DNA from: Candidatus Aenigmatarchaeota archaeon
GTDB lineage: Archaea > Aenigmatarchaeota > Aenigmatarchaeia > CG10238-14 > SpSt-28
Length of the DNA: 64,000 nucleotides
NCBI GenBank assembly: GCA_038733315.1
Contig: JAVYPJ010000001.1
Span: 107,469 to 171,468 of the forward strand
Direction: 5' to 3'
Shown: in pieces, positions 29,486 to 39,184 of the stretch
Position numbering within the stretch: the stretch's first letter is position 1
Layout: each line of letters begins with the position of its first letter
The notes under the pieces: generated by a model
The model's input: only the letters and a program-made list of their open reading frames with translations
The model's database searches: none
What the model was told of the DNA's origin: nothing
Position numbers and translations under genes: made by a program

Positions 29486-30859
29486 ATGAACAACTTATTA
29501 GCAAACTTAGGTTTTTTATTGCAATTATCCGGATTCTTCATTTTCCTAGTTGCAATAATTGCAACGTATTTAAATGAAATTAATGAAGCTATTTCTTTTT
29601 TTATAACCGCATCTGTTTTCTTTATAATAGGCTTTCCTCTTAACGCTCTATCTGAAAGGAAAGAAATAAGTTTTAGAGATAGTCTAATACTATTTTTTTT
29701 AACTTTTTTGTTTTTAGGATTAATAGGTTCTATACCATACATGTATTTAAATATATTTAAAACAGAGAACCTTCTTGAAAAAACAATAAATTCTATATTT
29801 GAAAGTGTTTCTGGATTTACAACTACTGGATTTACCTTTTTAAAAAATTCTGAATTATCTAAATCTATGATAATTTATAGAGCTACCTCACAATTTATTG
29901 GAGGAATTGGTATAGTTTATTTGTTATTAACATTTTTGTATTCTTCAAAACATAAAATATCCCGTATTTTTAGTAAATTGTTTTTTTCAGAAACTATCTT
30001 AGAAATAAAGAAAAACGTTATAGAGATTTTAGCTTTTTTTATTATAGTAACCATAGCTCTAAGTTTAGCTATGTACTATTTTAACAACGATATTATAAAG
30101 TCCTTTTCGTTAGTTTTAAGTGGAGTGGCTACTGGAGGATTTTCACATTATGAAATAGGTGAGTTAAGCATAGAAGAAAAAACAATAATAATCTTTTCTA
30201 TGATTTTTGGGTCTATATCGATTTTTATTTTATCTAAATTTAAAAGAGAGCTTCCAATATATATTCTTACAATTTTTATATGCTCGTTTGTATTAAATAT
30301 TAACGGAATAGACATTTTTGATTCTATTTTTCATGGAGTATCCATAGTTTCTACAACTGGATATTCTTATATAGATTTTACCTCTTTACCGCAATACTCT
30401 CTACTTTTATTTTCTATAGTAATGTTAATTGGTGGTATGGCTATTTCAACAGCTGGAGGTATGAAAATAATTAGATTAATAAATTCTAAGGTTTGTATTT
30501 GGAAAATAATAAAAAGTTTTATACTTGAAAAAAATTTTGAAATGAATAATAATAACGGTTTTATTTCGATAGCCTATTTATTTTTATTCTTATCTCTTTG
30601 GATATTTATATCATTAATTTTTTCTATCTATTATTCCGATAAGCTGAATTATTCTATTTTTGATGCAGCATCAGCTATATCTACTAGTGGTTTTTCAGCA
30701 GGAATAATAAACGAAAACATGTCGATAGAACTAAAGATTTTTTTAATTTTTATAATGATATTAGCAAGAATAGAAATTTTACCTTTTTTTGCAATTTTTA
30801 TTTGTTGTAGAGAAGTTAATAAAAAAGCGTTAAATAAAATATTGGCTATTGAACAATAA
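29486..30859 (+). CDS. trkH: TrkH-family potassium uptake membrane protein
   Basis: FESVSGFTTTG, ATGGF, STTGY, STAGGMK pore loops. Confidence 0.9.
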   Translation: MNNLLANLGFLLQLSGFFIFLVAIIATYLNEINEAISFFITASVFFIIGFPLNALSERKEISFRDSLILFFLTFLFLGLIGSIPYMYLNIFKTENLLEKTINSIFESVSGFTTTGFTFLKNSELSKSMIIYRATSQFIGGIGIVYLLLTFLYSSKHKISRIFSKLFFSETILEIKKNVIEILAFFIIVTIALSLAMYYFNNDIIKSFSLVLSGVATGGFSHYEIGELSIEEKTIIIFSMIFGSISIFILSKFKRELPIYILTIFICSFVLNINGIDIFDSIFHGVSIVSTTGYSYIDFTSLPQYSLLLFSIVMLIGGMAISTAGGMKIIRLINSKVCIWKIIKSFILEKNFEMNNNNGFISIAYLFLFLSLWIFISLIFSIYYSDKLNYSIFDAASAISTSGFSAGIINENMSIELKIFLIFIMILARIEILPFFAIFICCREVNKKALNKILAIEQ

Positions 30860-30862
30860 TTT

Positions 30863-32299
30863 ATGAGTAAAGAGCTTGGTATAAAATCTAAAAAAGAAAA
30901 TTTAAGTGAATGGTATGAAGAAGTTATTTTGAAAAGTGAATTAGCCGACTATGCTCCAGTAAAGGGATGTATTATTTATTTGCCTTATGGATTTGCAATA
31001 TGGAACTTAATAAAAGAGGAATTTTCTAAAATTATAAAAGAAGAAGTAAAAGAAGTTTATTTTCCTATATTTATTCCAAAAAGTATTTTAGAAAAAGAAG
31101 CAAAACATTTTGAAGGTTTTAGTCCAGAGGTTGCCTGGGTAACAAAAGGTGGAAATAGTGATTTAGACGAATGGTTAGCTATTAGGCCAACAAGCGAAAC
31201 TATTATTTATTCATATATATCAAAAATTATAAAGAGCTATAGAGACTTACCTCTAAGAATAATTCAATGGTGTAATGTAGTTAGATGGGAAACTAAAGCT
31301 ACAAAACCTTTTCTTAGGGGAAGAGAATTTTTGTGGCATGAAGGCCATACATTTCACACAACATTTGAAGAAGCCGAGCAAGAAATGAGAAAAAGAATTT
31401 TACAATATAAGGAATTTGTAGAAAGTTTTTTGGCTATACCAGTGATTGCCGGATATAAAAGCGAGTATGAGAAGTTTCCTGGAGCATACACTACAACAAC
31501 CATAGAGGCTTTAATGCCAGATTATAGAGCTTTGCAATGCGGAACTTCGCATAATTTAGCTGATAAGTTTTCAAATGTTTTTAAAATTTACTATCAAGAT
31601 AAAGATTGTAATAATAAGCTTGTATATCAAACATCTTGGGGATTCTCTACTAGATTAATAGGAGCTTTAATAATGGTTCACGGAGATGATAAGGGTTTAG
31701 TTTTACCTCCAAAGATTGCTCCATATCAAATCGTAATAATTCCAATTTATTATAACGAAGCTGAAAAAAATAAGGTTTTTGAAAAAGTTAAAGATATTGA
31801 AAATAAGTTAAAAATCAAATATAGAGTTTTTAGCGACTTAAGAGAAGAATATACTCCAGGCTTTAAATTTAATGAATGGGAATTAAAAGGTGTTCCTATA
31901 AGAATAGAAATTGGTCCCAAAGATTTAGAAAACAAAAAAGTTACAGTTTTTAGAAGAGATAAAATGAAAAAAGAAAGTGTAGATGAAAAGGATTTAGAAA
32001 ACTATTTAGAAAAATTAATCGAATGTATTCAAAAAGATATGTTTGAAAAAGCGAAGAATTTTTTAGATGAACATATATTCTTTGCAGAAAATTTAGAGGA
32101 GTTTAAAGAGAAGGTTGAAAAAGGATTTGTTATAACAAATCATTGTGGTAATGTTGAATGTGAAGAAAAATTGAAAGAGCTTACAAAAGCTAGCTGCAGA
32201 GTAATAGAATTCGGAAATGAAGAGCCTTTAGGAAATAAAAAATGTGTATTTTGTGGAAAAGAAGCTAAATATAAAGCATATTTTGCAAAATCTTATTAA
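30863..32299 (+). CDS. proS: Proline--tRNA ligase (archaeal type)
   Basis: IRPTSET, VVRWE, FLRGREFLWHEGH, QTSWGFSTR, C-terminal AKSY. Confidence 0.97.
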   Translation: MSKELGIKSKKENLSEWYEEVILKSELADYAPVKGCIIYLPYGFAIWNLIKEEFSKIIKEEVKEVYFPIFIPKSILEKEAKHFEGFSPEVAWVTKGGNSDLDEWLAIRPTSETIIYSYISKIIKSYRDLPLRIIQWCNVVRWETKATKPFLRGREFLWHEGHTFHTTFEEAEQEMRKRILQYKEFVESFLAIPVIAGYKSEYEKFPGAYTTTTIEALMPDYRALQCGTSHNLADKFSNVFKIYYQDKDCNNKLVYQTSWGFSTRLIGALIMVHGDDKGLVLPPKIAPYQIVIIPIYYNEAEKNKVFEKVKDIENKLKIKYRVFSDLREEYTPGFKFNEWELKGVPIRIEIGPKDLENKKVTVFRRDKMKKESVDEKDLENYLEKLIECIQKDMFEKAKNFLDEHIFFAENLEEFKEKVEKGFVITNHCGNVECEEKLKELTKASCRVIEFGNEEPLGNKKCVFCGKEAKYKAYFAKSY

Positions 32300-32311
32300 A
32301 AAATAAAAAAA

Positions 32312-33079
32312 TTAGATTAGCCAAGAAAACCAGCTCCTAACTCTTTTTAGGTATGTTGAAATTGGTACTTTATACTCTTCTCCAGCTATATTGGAAGCTA
32401 ATTTCATAAACTCTATCGCTGCCCTACTATAATCGTTAATTTCTAAATATGTTTTGCCTAAGGCTAATGCTCTTTCAAAATCTCTATCAAACGGAATTGC
32501 TGCTATTACTGGTAAATTCACTAAGTCTTCTATTTCACCTATTGTTAGCTCATATGGTTTTCCAGATACTTTATTTACTACTACTCCTAAGGGCTTTAAA
32601 CCCATTTTCTCTGCAACATCATTTATTTTAATTACATCAGTTACAGCAGCTATATTTGGATTTGTTACATAAAGAATTTCCTTAGAAGCTTTCATCGCAC
32701 TTACAGCTTCTCTTCCTATTCCTGGAGCGCTGTCTATTAAAACGAAATCGCTATATGGTATTTCTTTTATTGTCTTTTCTAACTTCATTATATCTACGTT
32801 CTGCAATTCGTTTACATCTAAGGAGCTGGGAATTATTTTTAAGCCACTATCGTGAAAATAAATTGCGTCTATTATCAACTTTGATTCCTCCCTTAAAACA
32901 TGGTTTAAAGTTGTTGGGTTATAAAACATACCAAAATTCATTGCTAAATGTGGAGTTGTTATATTAGCATCTATTATTGTTACACTTTTTCCAAGCTTAG
33001 TTAACGCCAAACCAAGATTTGAAGTCACTGTTGTTTTTCCTACGCCACCCTTTCCGCTAGCTATGGTTATTACTCTCAT
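32312..33079 (-). CDS. minD: MinD/ParA-family ATPase (archaeal MinD)
   Basis: ASGKGGVGKTT, IDSAPG, C-terminal amphipathic YLKRVRSWFSWLI. Confidence 0.9.
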   Translation of the reverse strand: MRVITIASGKGGVGKTTVTSNLGLALTKLGKSVTIIDANITTPHLAMNFGMFYNPTTLNHVLREESKLIIDAIYFHDSGLKIIPSSLDVNELQNVDIMKLEKTIKEIPYSDFVLIDSAPGIGREAVSAMKASKEILYVTNPNIAAVTDVIKINDVAEKMGLKPLGVVVNKVSGKPYELTIGEIEDLVNLPVIAAIPFDRDFERALALGKTYLEINDYSRAAIEFMKLASNIAGEEYKVPISTYLKRVRSWFSWLI

Positions 33080-33082
33080 AAA

Positions 33083-33931
33083 TTATTTTCTGTCTAATAT
33101 ATTTATTTCTTTTTTGGAAAAAACATTTTCTAATCTTTTTAACTCGAAATCAATTATTTCCTTGGCATTTTCAATTAAGTTTTCAGAAATGTTGTATTCA
33201 AAATGCTTTTTATTAATAAAATTTATTATTCTTTTCTTTATGTTTTCATCTATTATTAACCTATTGAAATTTTTAAATTTTTTTATAGTTAAAATTGGTT
33301 TTTTTAATAGCGCTGCGTACAATATTTCTTTGAAAAACCTTTCCTTAGAAAAATCTAATATTATATCGACATAACTTAAAAGTTTTATTAATTCGTTTTT
33401 CTCTAACTTTCTCTTTATAAAGTAAATATTTTTAGAATTAGAAGTGTTAAGATCTATGATACCATATATATATATTTCAAACTCATCAACCAAAATTGAA
33501 ACTAAACCAACCATTTCTATAGAAATTTTATCACAAATAATTAGAATAACTTTCCTTCTTTTATTAACAGATACCTTATCTATTTTACTACTAGGAATTT
33601 TGCCATCTATTATATAAGGAAAATATATTATGTTATTTTTGCTAATCCTTTCATTTCTATAAACATATATTTTATTATTGTTTTCTTGTATCCTTTCAGG
33701 ATTTTCAATTTTATTAATTACTTTATCTAGACTTATTTTCATGTCTGAAAGGTTTATAATAAAATCTAAATCCTTATAATATGATTCCATTGCATTGAAT
33801 GGTAATAAGAAAATGTTATAAAATCTTCTTATTTCTTCAGAGTCTATAGTAAAATAATAAAACTCGTAATTCAAAGATTTCAATAAGTTTATAAGGTCTA
33901 TATCATATTCATATATTAAACCAATCTTCAT
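33083..33931 (-). CDS. Divergent glycosyltransferase (GT-B/GT4)-like protein
   Basis: ELIKLLSYVDIILDFSKERFFKEILYAALLKKPIL resembles a degenerate GT4 signature. Confidence 0.5.
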   Translation of the reverse strand: MKIGLIYEYDIDLINLLKSLNYEFYYFTIDSEEIRRFYNIFLLPFNAMESYYKDLDFIINLSDMKISLDKVINKIENPERIQENNNKIYVYRNERISKNNIIYFPYIIDGKIPSSKIDKVSVNKRRKVILIICDKISIEMVGLVSILVDEFEIYIYGIIDLNTSNSKNIYFIKRKLEKNELIKLLSYVDIILDFSKERFFKEILYAALLKKPILTIKKFKNFNRLIIDENIKKRIINFINKKHFEYNISENLIENAKEIIDFELKRLENVFSKKEINILDRK

Positions 33932-33935
33932 AATG

Positions 33936-34205
33936 TTATTCCCAATAAATAAAGTTAAGTTCTGTTAGCTCTTTGAATAATTCATCTAAGAATTTTTTTA
34001 TCATTTCTTTATCTATTTGAGTTTTTTGAGCTAAGATTTCTAGAATTTCTTCATACTTTCTTTTTCCATCGCAATATTTTAATAAACCTACTGCAAGAGG
34101 GTCTATCTGATATAGTTTTTGGTTATCTAGGGTTGCGTAGTAAGTATTTAAATAATTAATTATTGTTAAAGATTCCGCTTTTTTTGGCCTTTTCCCTTCA
34201 AACAT
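33936..34205 (-). CDS. PqqD-family (RiPP recognition element-like) protein
   Basis: LYQIDPLAVGLLKYCDGKRKYEEILEIL...FLDELFKELTELNFI. Confidence 0.78.
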   Translation of the reverse strand: MFEGKRPKKAESLTIINYLNTYYATLDNQKLYQIDPLAVGLLKYCDGKRKYEEILEILAQKTQIDKEMIKKFLDELFKELTELNFIYWE

Positions 34206-34206
34206 T

Positions 34207-34476
34207 TCACTTCCCCAACCTTTTTCTTAATTCCTCTAGTATTTCTTCGTCTGTTATCTTTTGCGCAAAAAACTGCTTCAAATAGCATAATTTCGCCTTA
34301 CCAACCTTTCTTTGATAAATTATTTCTGCTCCTAATAATTCGTGCAAATATTTTGCGACTGTAATTCTACTAAAACCAAGCTCATTAGAGATTTGCTGAA
34401 TTGTTAAACCTTCGGGATGTTTTCTAAGAAGCTCAATTATTAATCTTCTAATATCTTCCTTCTTCTCTTTTTCCAT
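34207..34476 (-). CDS. Winged-helix DNA-binding protein
   Basis: HPEGLTIQQISNELGFSRITVAKYL...RKVGKAKL. Confidence 0.85.
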   Translation of the reverse strand: MEKEKKEDIRRLIIELLRKHPEGLTIQQISNELGFSRITVAKYLHELLGAEIIYQRKVGKAKLCYLKQFFAQKITDEEILEELRKRLGK

Positions 34477-34534
34477 AATAATAAGTTATTAAAGATATTT
34501 ATATTTATTGTTTATCATGTCTGTTAACTATAAA

Positions 34535-35386
34535 TTAAATTTTTGAATTTATTTCTATAAAATCCTTAATCTCGTTTTCAAAAATTTTTGCAGATTTTTT
34601 TATATCATACTCACTTGCTACTATTTTATTTACCTCATACTCTACAAAATCTAAGGCCCTTTTAATAGTAAATAAAAGCTTATCGAAATTTATTTTTAAA
34701 GTATTAGCAAATCCATCATTAGTAATAGCTATTCTTTTCATAGCCATAGCCTCTAAAACTTCTTTTTTCCTATTTTCAATGGAAATTATCAAGCTGCTAT
34801 TAAGGAAAAGCTCTGCCCTTTCTGTTTTACTTAACTCCCTACTAATAAAATTTACAAAGGGGAAAGTTTTTTCTGAATAAACCTGATAAACAATAAAGTA
34901 CAGATTCTTTATTTCTTTTTTCAACGACATAAGCTTTTCCAATATAGAAATAAGCGTTGCATCAAATGAATTTGTTAAGATTGTTATCCTTTTTATTCTA
35001 TCAAATTTTTTAAATTTAGATTTAAAATTACTAAAAAAATCAAAATCAATAAAATATGGAAAATAAATGCAGTTTTCTATTTTTTTATTTCTAATTGCAT
35101 AAAAGTCGTAGTCAAAAATATATCTTTCTAATTCGTTTTCTACAATTTTTATATTAATTGCATAGTTGCTTTTAAAATTTACATTTTTATCTACAAAAAG
35201 TATTTTAACGTCTTCTTGTTTTATTGCATTCTCAAAATTTAAAGTTTTTATTATTTTTATATTATTTTCTGGAAAATATTCTCCGAACTCTTTACTTTTC
35301 TCAAATATTACAGTTTCATAGTTAATTAGACTTAAAAATTTTATTATGTCTTCATCGATTTTATCTAAGAGAAATCCTATTTTCAT
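34535..35386 (-). CDS. Divergent glycosyltransferase (GT4)-like protein, paralogue of 33083-33931
   Basis: Shares MKIG start and IYFPY(F/I)ID with 33083-33931; VLEAMAMKRIAITND. Confidence 0.55.
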   Translation of the reverse strand: MKIGFLLDKIDEDIIKFLSLINYETVIFEKSKEFGEYFPENNIKIIKTLNFENAIKQEDVKILFVDKNVNFKSNYAINIKIVENELERYIFDYDFYAIRNKKIENCIYFPYFIDFDFFSNFKSKFKKFDRIKRITILTNSFDATLISILEKLMSLKKEIKNLYFIVYQVYSEKTFPFVNFISRELSKTERAELFLNSSLIISIENRKKEVLEAMAMKRIAITNDGFANTLKINFDKLLFTIKRALDFVEYEVNKIVASEYDIKKSAKIFENEIKDFIEINSKI

Positions 35387-35840
35387 AAAAATTAAACTAT
35401 TGATATCAATAATATGTTTAGTATTAACTTTTACTCTTATTTTGTTTATAAAAAATATTTCTATAAGCTATGAAATAAGATATGTTGCTTCTGTTATAGA
35501 TGGTGATACGTTTGTTGATGAAAAAGGAGAGAAAATAAGATTAATCGGTATTAATGCTCCTGAAATTGGTAAAAAATGTTATGAAGAATCTAAGGAAAAA
35601 TTAAAAGAAATGATAGAAAAAAAGTATGTTAAAATAGTTTATGATGTTAAAAAGAAGGATAAATACAATAGGACTCTTGCATACGTTTTTATTAACGATT
35701 TGAATGTTAATTTAATAATGATTAAAGAGGGTTATGCAATTGTTTATTCAGATAATATAAATACAAAATTTTTAAAAGAGTTTTATCTTGCAGAAAAATA
35801 TGCGAAAGAGAATAAGATTGGTTGTTTATGGAAAGATTAA
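35346..35840 (+). CDS. Thermonuclease (SNase) family, N-terminal membrane anchor; start uncertain
   Basis: VIDGDT, IRLIGINAPE, DKYNRTLAYV, IGCLW. Confidence 0.9.
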   Translation: MSSSILSKRNPIFIKIKLLISIICLVLTFTLILFIKNISISYEIRYVASVIDGDTFVDEKGEKIRLIGINAPEIGKKCYEESKEKLKEMIEKKYVKIVYDVKKKDKYNRTLAYVFINDLNVNLIMIKEGYAIVYSDNINTKFLKEFYLAEKYAKENKIGCLWKD

Positions 35841-36928
35841 TCCAAAAAATCTTCGTTTTTAATTTTTTCTGGTAAATATGTTTCTGTAACAAACTTTAAA
35901 CCCCTACCAGCTAAGGATTCTAATTCTGCTTTATACTTCTTCTCTATGAACTTATTTATTTCTCTTTGCCATTCCTTTTTCTTAAACCATTCATAGTTTA
36001 AAAGCTCATATGCTCTTTTTATGTCAACCTCTTTTGCTTTAATTGTCCAGTCTTTTAGCTTAAACGTCTCTATATCTGTCATTGTTAGGCCAATAAACAT
36101 TGCATCCTTAGTTCCTAATCTATCCGAAATGTGAGCTAAATTTATTGAACCGTATTTTATTACAGAGTATATATAGAAACCATAAGGATCGCTGTCACAA
36201 AAAACATATATAGGTAAGCCGAACTCTTGATTAAGTCTTTGAATTAATCTCCTTGCTCCCCTAGGAGCTTGGCCTTGAGTTGTTAATAAAATGCAATTAT
36301 GTTTTTTCCAAAATTTATCTTCATGCAATCTTTCCCATGCTGCGTTCTTCTCTATTACTAAAACAAAACTTGCATCGACTTTTTTGAACTCTATAGCTTC
36401 TACATTACTCGGAATGGCCCAACCGCCGCTACCTAATTTACTCCAATCTATGGTATCTCCTCTATCCTCTATTATTACATTACCAACTACTCTACCTCTT
36501 GTATCAGCATTTAAATGTAGCTGCTCTCTTAAAACATCTAAGGTTACTTCTAAATCTACTATACAAGCGTCGCTTTCGTTTTGCTCATCAAAAGTATTTT
36601 CATTGCTATTTGGTAATGTTCTTTTCATTGCATAAAAAGCTTCTCTTAGGCTTGCATGAATATTTTCAGAAAGAAGTTTCTTAGTAAAGCTAGCAACTAA
36701 TAAAGTTTGCATGAACTTTTTTGCTTTATGTAAATTAAAGAAATCTCTTTCTATTTTTTTCTCTCCAAGTTTTAAAACATGGTCTTTTCTATCAAAAATT
36801 ATGTTTTTAAGAGTTCTAGAATATAAATTTATCCTTGGGTTTTCTCCTCTCTTTATTTGCTCAAGTAAATCTTTCCCAAGCTCTTCCAACTTTTTTATTA
36901 CACTGTCTAAGTATGTTGGCTTAGCCAT
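35837..36928 (-). CDS. top6A: DNA topoisomerase VI subunit A
   Basis: SLREAFY, FDEQNESD, VIEK, CDSDPYG, KAELE. Confidence 0.96.
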   Translation of the reverse strand: MAKPTYLDSVIKKLEELGKDLLEQIKRGENPRINLYSRTLKNIIFDRKDHVLKLGEKKIERDFFNLHKAKKFMQTLLVASFTKKLLSENIHASLREAFYAMKRTLPNSNENTFDEQNESDACIVDLEVTLDVLREQLHLNADTRGRVVGNVIIEDRGDTIDWSKLGSGGWAIPSNVEAIEFKKVDASFVLVIEKNAAWERLHEDKFWKKHNCILLTTQGQAPRGARRLIQRLNQEFGLPIYVFCDSDPYGFYIYSVIKYGSINLAHISDRLGTKDAMFIGLTMTDIETFKLKDWTIKAKEVDIKRAYELLNYEWFKKKEWQREINKFIEKKYKAELESLAGRGLKFVTETYLPEKIKNEDFLD

Positions 36929-36934
36929 AATTAT

Positions 36935-38689
36935 TTAGGTCTCTATTTTTATTTCTGGAAGTTTTTTATTCGCTATTTCTAGTAACTTTTTTTCTATTTC
37001 TTTTTCGTCATAATTTGCTAAAATAGCTATGCTTTTTGCAACTTCTGGCAAATATCTTTCAAAAACATTTCTCTTCATTTTTACTAACTCTGCCCTTTTC
37101 TTCTTGGATATGTGTATGGAAACTTTTCTTAATGCTTCTTGAATGGCTAGCTCAAGCTCTTTTATAATTTCCGGATATTCCGCTATAGCTTGTTTTCCTT
37201 CACTTTTATATGGAATCCAAACAGAAATAAAATCTACTAAGATTAAAACATTTTCAGCTGGTAAATTAGATTTTCCAACAGAAATTCCATAATGGTTCCA
37301 ATTTATTGACATAAGAACTTTTGTAATAGCACAGTCTCTAGCGTTATAAAGCAATGGTGTGTGATTAGCGAACCTTAATATAATTGATTGTGAATCTGAA
37401 ACATCTTCCTCTTCTATTTTACTTGAATCTTTAAGACCATAAGCTATAGCCACTTGGATTTGAAACGGAAAACCTCTATAAACTTTTGGCTTTCTTGTTA
37501 TAGCGACGTAATACTCAGCTGGGTATAGCTTCTTTAAAGCATCGATAAGATATTTGTTATCTAATTGACTTAAACAATCTGTTGGTGGAGCTCTTATTTT
37601 TACTTTTTGCATAGAATTAAAAATTTTTTCTGCATCCTGTAAAGTAATTTCACTTGGTTTTTTATACAAATATTCTAAAATTTTATAAGACAAAAAGAAT
37701 TTTCTTAGCTCTTGCTCATTTAAATCAATAATTTTTTTATTACTATCTAAATTCATTTCCTCTAAAACGGCTTTAACAACATTTTCGGAATTAAAAAAGT
37801 TATTTAGTATATCAAAAACTTTCTTTTCCTTATTTTTTATTTCTATTTCCTCTCCTCTTAAGCTCAATCTAAGGATTTTTATAGCTGTTTTTAAACTTAT
37901 TCTACTGAATTCCTTAGTAAGAAAATCTAAAAGAGTTTTTCGGTCTGTTATTTCTAAGAACCTTTTAAATACACCAAATTCTACTCCATATGGATGTGGT
38001 TTAATCTCCTTTGGTTGTTTTGGTAATTTATCCGAAACTCTATCTAAAACAATTTTTTCTCCGTCTTTATCAAAAATTATCTTAGCAAAAGAGTTTGTAA
38101 GCCAAATGAACTTTAAATATTCTTCTATTTTATTACTGTACTTTCCTTCAACTTCTATTTCAACATCTAACCCATGCCATTTATATTTATTTTCTTCTTC
38201 GGCACTTTTTATTATTTTTGGCTCGTTTTTTCTAACATCTATCATTAACTCAAAATAATATATTTTATCAGAGTTAATCGTAGAAGTATATATTTTTGCT
38301 GGTTTAGAGGTTGTTAATTGCGCATAAAGAATTGCTCCCTTAGCTCCTATACCTTGGGTTCCTATGGATTGTCTTAGTCTATAAAATTTACTTCCGACTA
38401 AAAATTTTCCTAGAGCTATTGGTAATTTTTTGGGATTAATTCCAGGACCATTATCTATTATTCTAACTTTATATCTATTTTCATCGATTCTTCTTAATCT
38501 AACTTCAATTTCCGGTAAAATACCCGCCTCTATACATGCGTCAATAGAATTATCTACAAACTCCTTAACAACGGTATATAAAGATTTTGCAGGATTTTCA
38601 TATCCAAGTAAATGTCTGTTTTTTTCAAAAAACTCGGCTATACTTACTTCTTTTATTTTTTCAGATATATCTAAACTTCCATCGGTCAT
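36935..38689 (-). CDS. top6B: DNA topoisomerase VI subunit B
   Basis: AEFFEKNRHLLGY, KEFVDNSIDA, DNGPG, GTQGIG, KPHPYG, RFANHTPLLY. Confidence 0.96.
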   Translation of the reverse strand: MTDGSLDISEKIKEVSIAEFFEKNRHLLGYENPAKSLYTVVKEFVDNSIDACIEAGILPEIEVRLRRIDENRYKVRIIDNGPGINPKKLPIALGKFLVGSKFYRLRQSIGTQGIGAKGAILYAQLTTSKPAKIYTSTINSDKIYYFELMIDVRKNEPKIIKSAEEENKYKWHGLDVEIEVEGKYSNKIEEYLKFIWLTNSFAKIIFDKDGEKIVLDRVSDKLPKQPKEIKPHPYGVEFGVFKRFLEITDRKTLLDFLTKEFSRISLKTAIKILRLSLRGEEIEIKNKEKKVFDILNNFFNSENVVKAVLEEMNLDSNKKIIDLNEQELRKFFLSYKILEYLYKKPSEITLQDAEKIFNSMQKVKIRAPPTDCLSQLDNKYLIDALKKLYPAEYYVAITRKPKVYRGFPFQIQVAIAYGLKDSSKIEEEDVSDSQSIILRFANHTPLLYNARDCAITKVLMSINWNHYGISVGKSNLPAENVLILVDFISVWIPYKSEGKQAIAEYPEIIKELELAIQEALRKVSIHISKKKRAELVKMKRNVFERYLPEVAKSIAILANYDEKEIEKKLLEIANKKLPEIKIET

Positions 38690-38728
38690 ATATATTATAT
38701 CTTTGACTTATATATAATATATCTTTGA

Positions 38729-39184
38729 TTATTTTGCTTCCTTAGAGGTAATGTCTTTTTGATATGGTAGTGGTATTAATATTTTCCCCCCAATTCTTGA
38801 AATCCTATGAATTAAATCTGCAAAAGTGTTTATTATAGTTTGCATTGTAATCAAATCTAAGTTAAATTTTTCTGGTTTTAATATAATAACGCTACTAGGT
38901 GCAAAAAGGATAGTAGCAAAGATTAAAGCATATATATCTTTTGCTAATATTTTTGTTTTTGCTGCCGCTGAATACATTTTATTTTTAGTCTCTAAATTTT
39001 TAACTCTTTTTGCATTAAGAAAAGTTTCCTCTAAGATTTTTATATCGCTAAATTCGCTAAGTTTTTTTAAATGCTCCTTTAACGCATCTTCTGAAGCTTT
39101 TTTTTCTATAGCAACTGCCTCAAACCACATTTCTGCTAATACATATCCTTCTTTTATTTTTTGATCAATTTCTGACTCTTTCAT
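38729..39184 (-). CDS. Hypothetical protein
   Basis: Start MKESEIDQK gives an ATGA overlap with the upstream gene. Confidence 0.65.
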   Translation of the reverse strand: MKESEIDQKIKEGYVLAEMWFEAVAIEKKASEDALKEHLKKLSEFSDIKILEETFLNAKRVKNLETKNKMYSAAAKTKILAKDIYALIFATILFAPSSVIILKPEKFNLDLITMQTIINTFADLIHRISRIGGKILIPLPYQKDITSKEAK

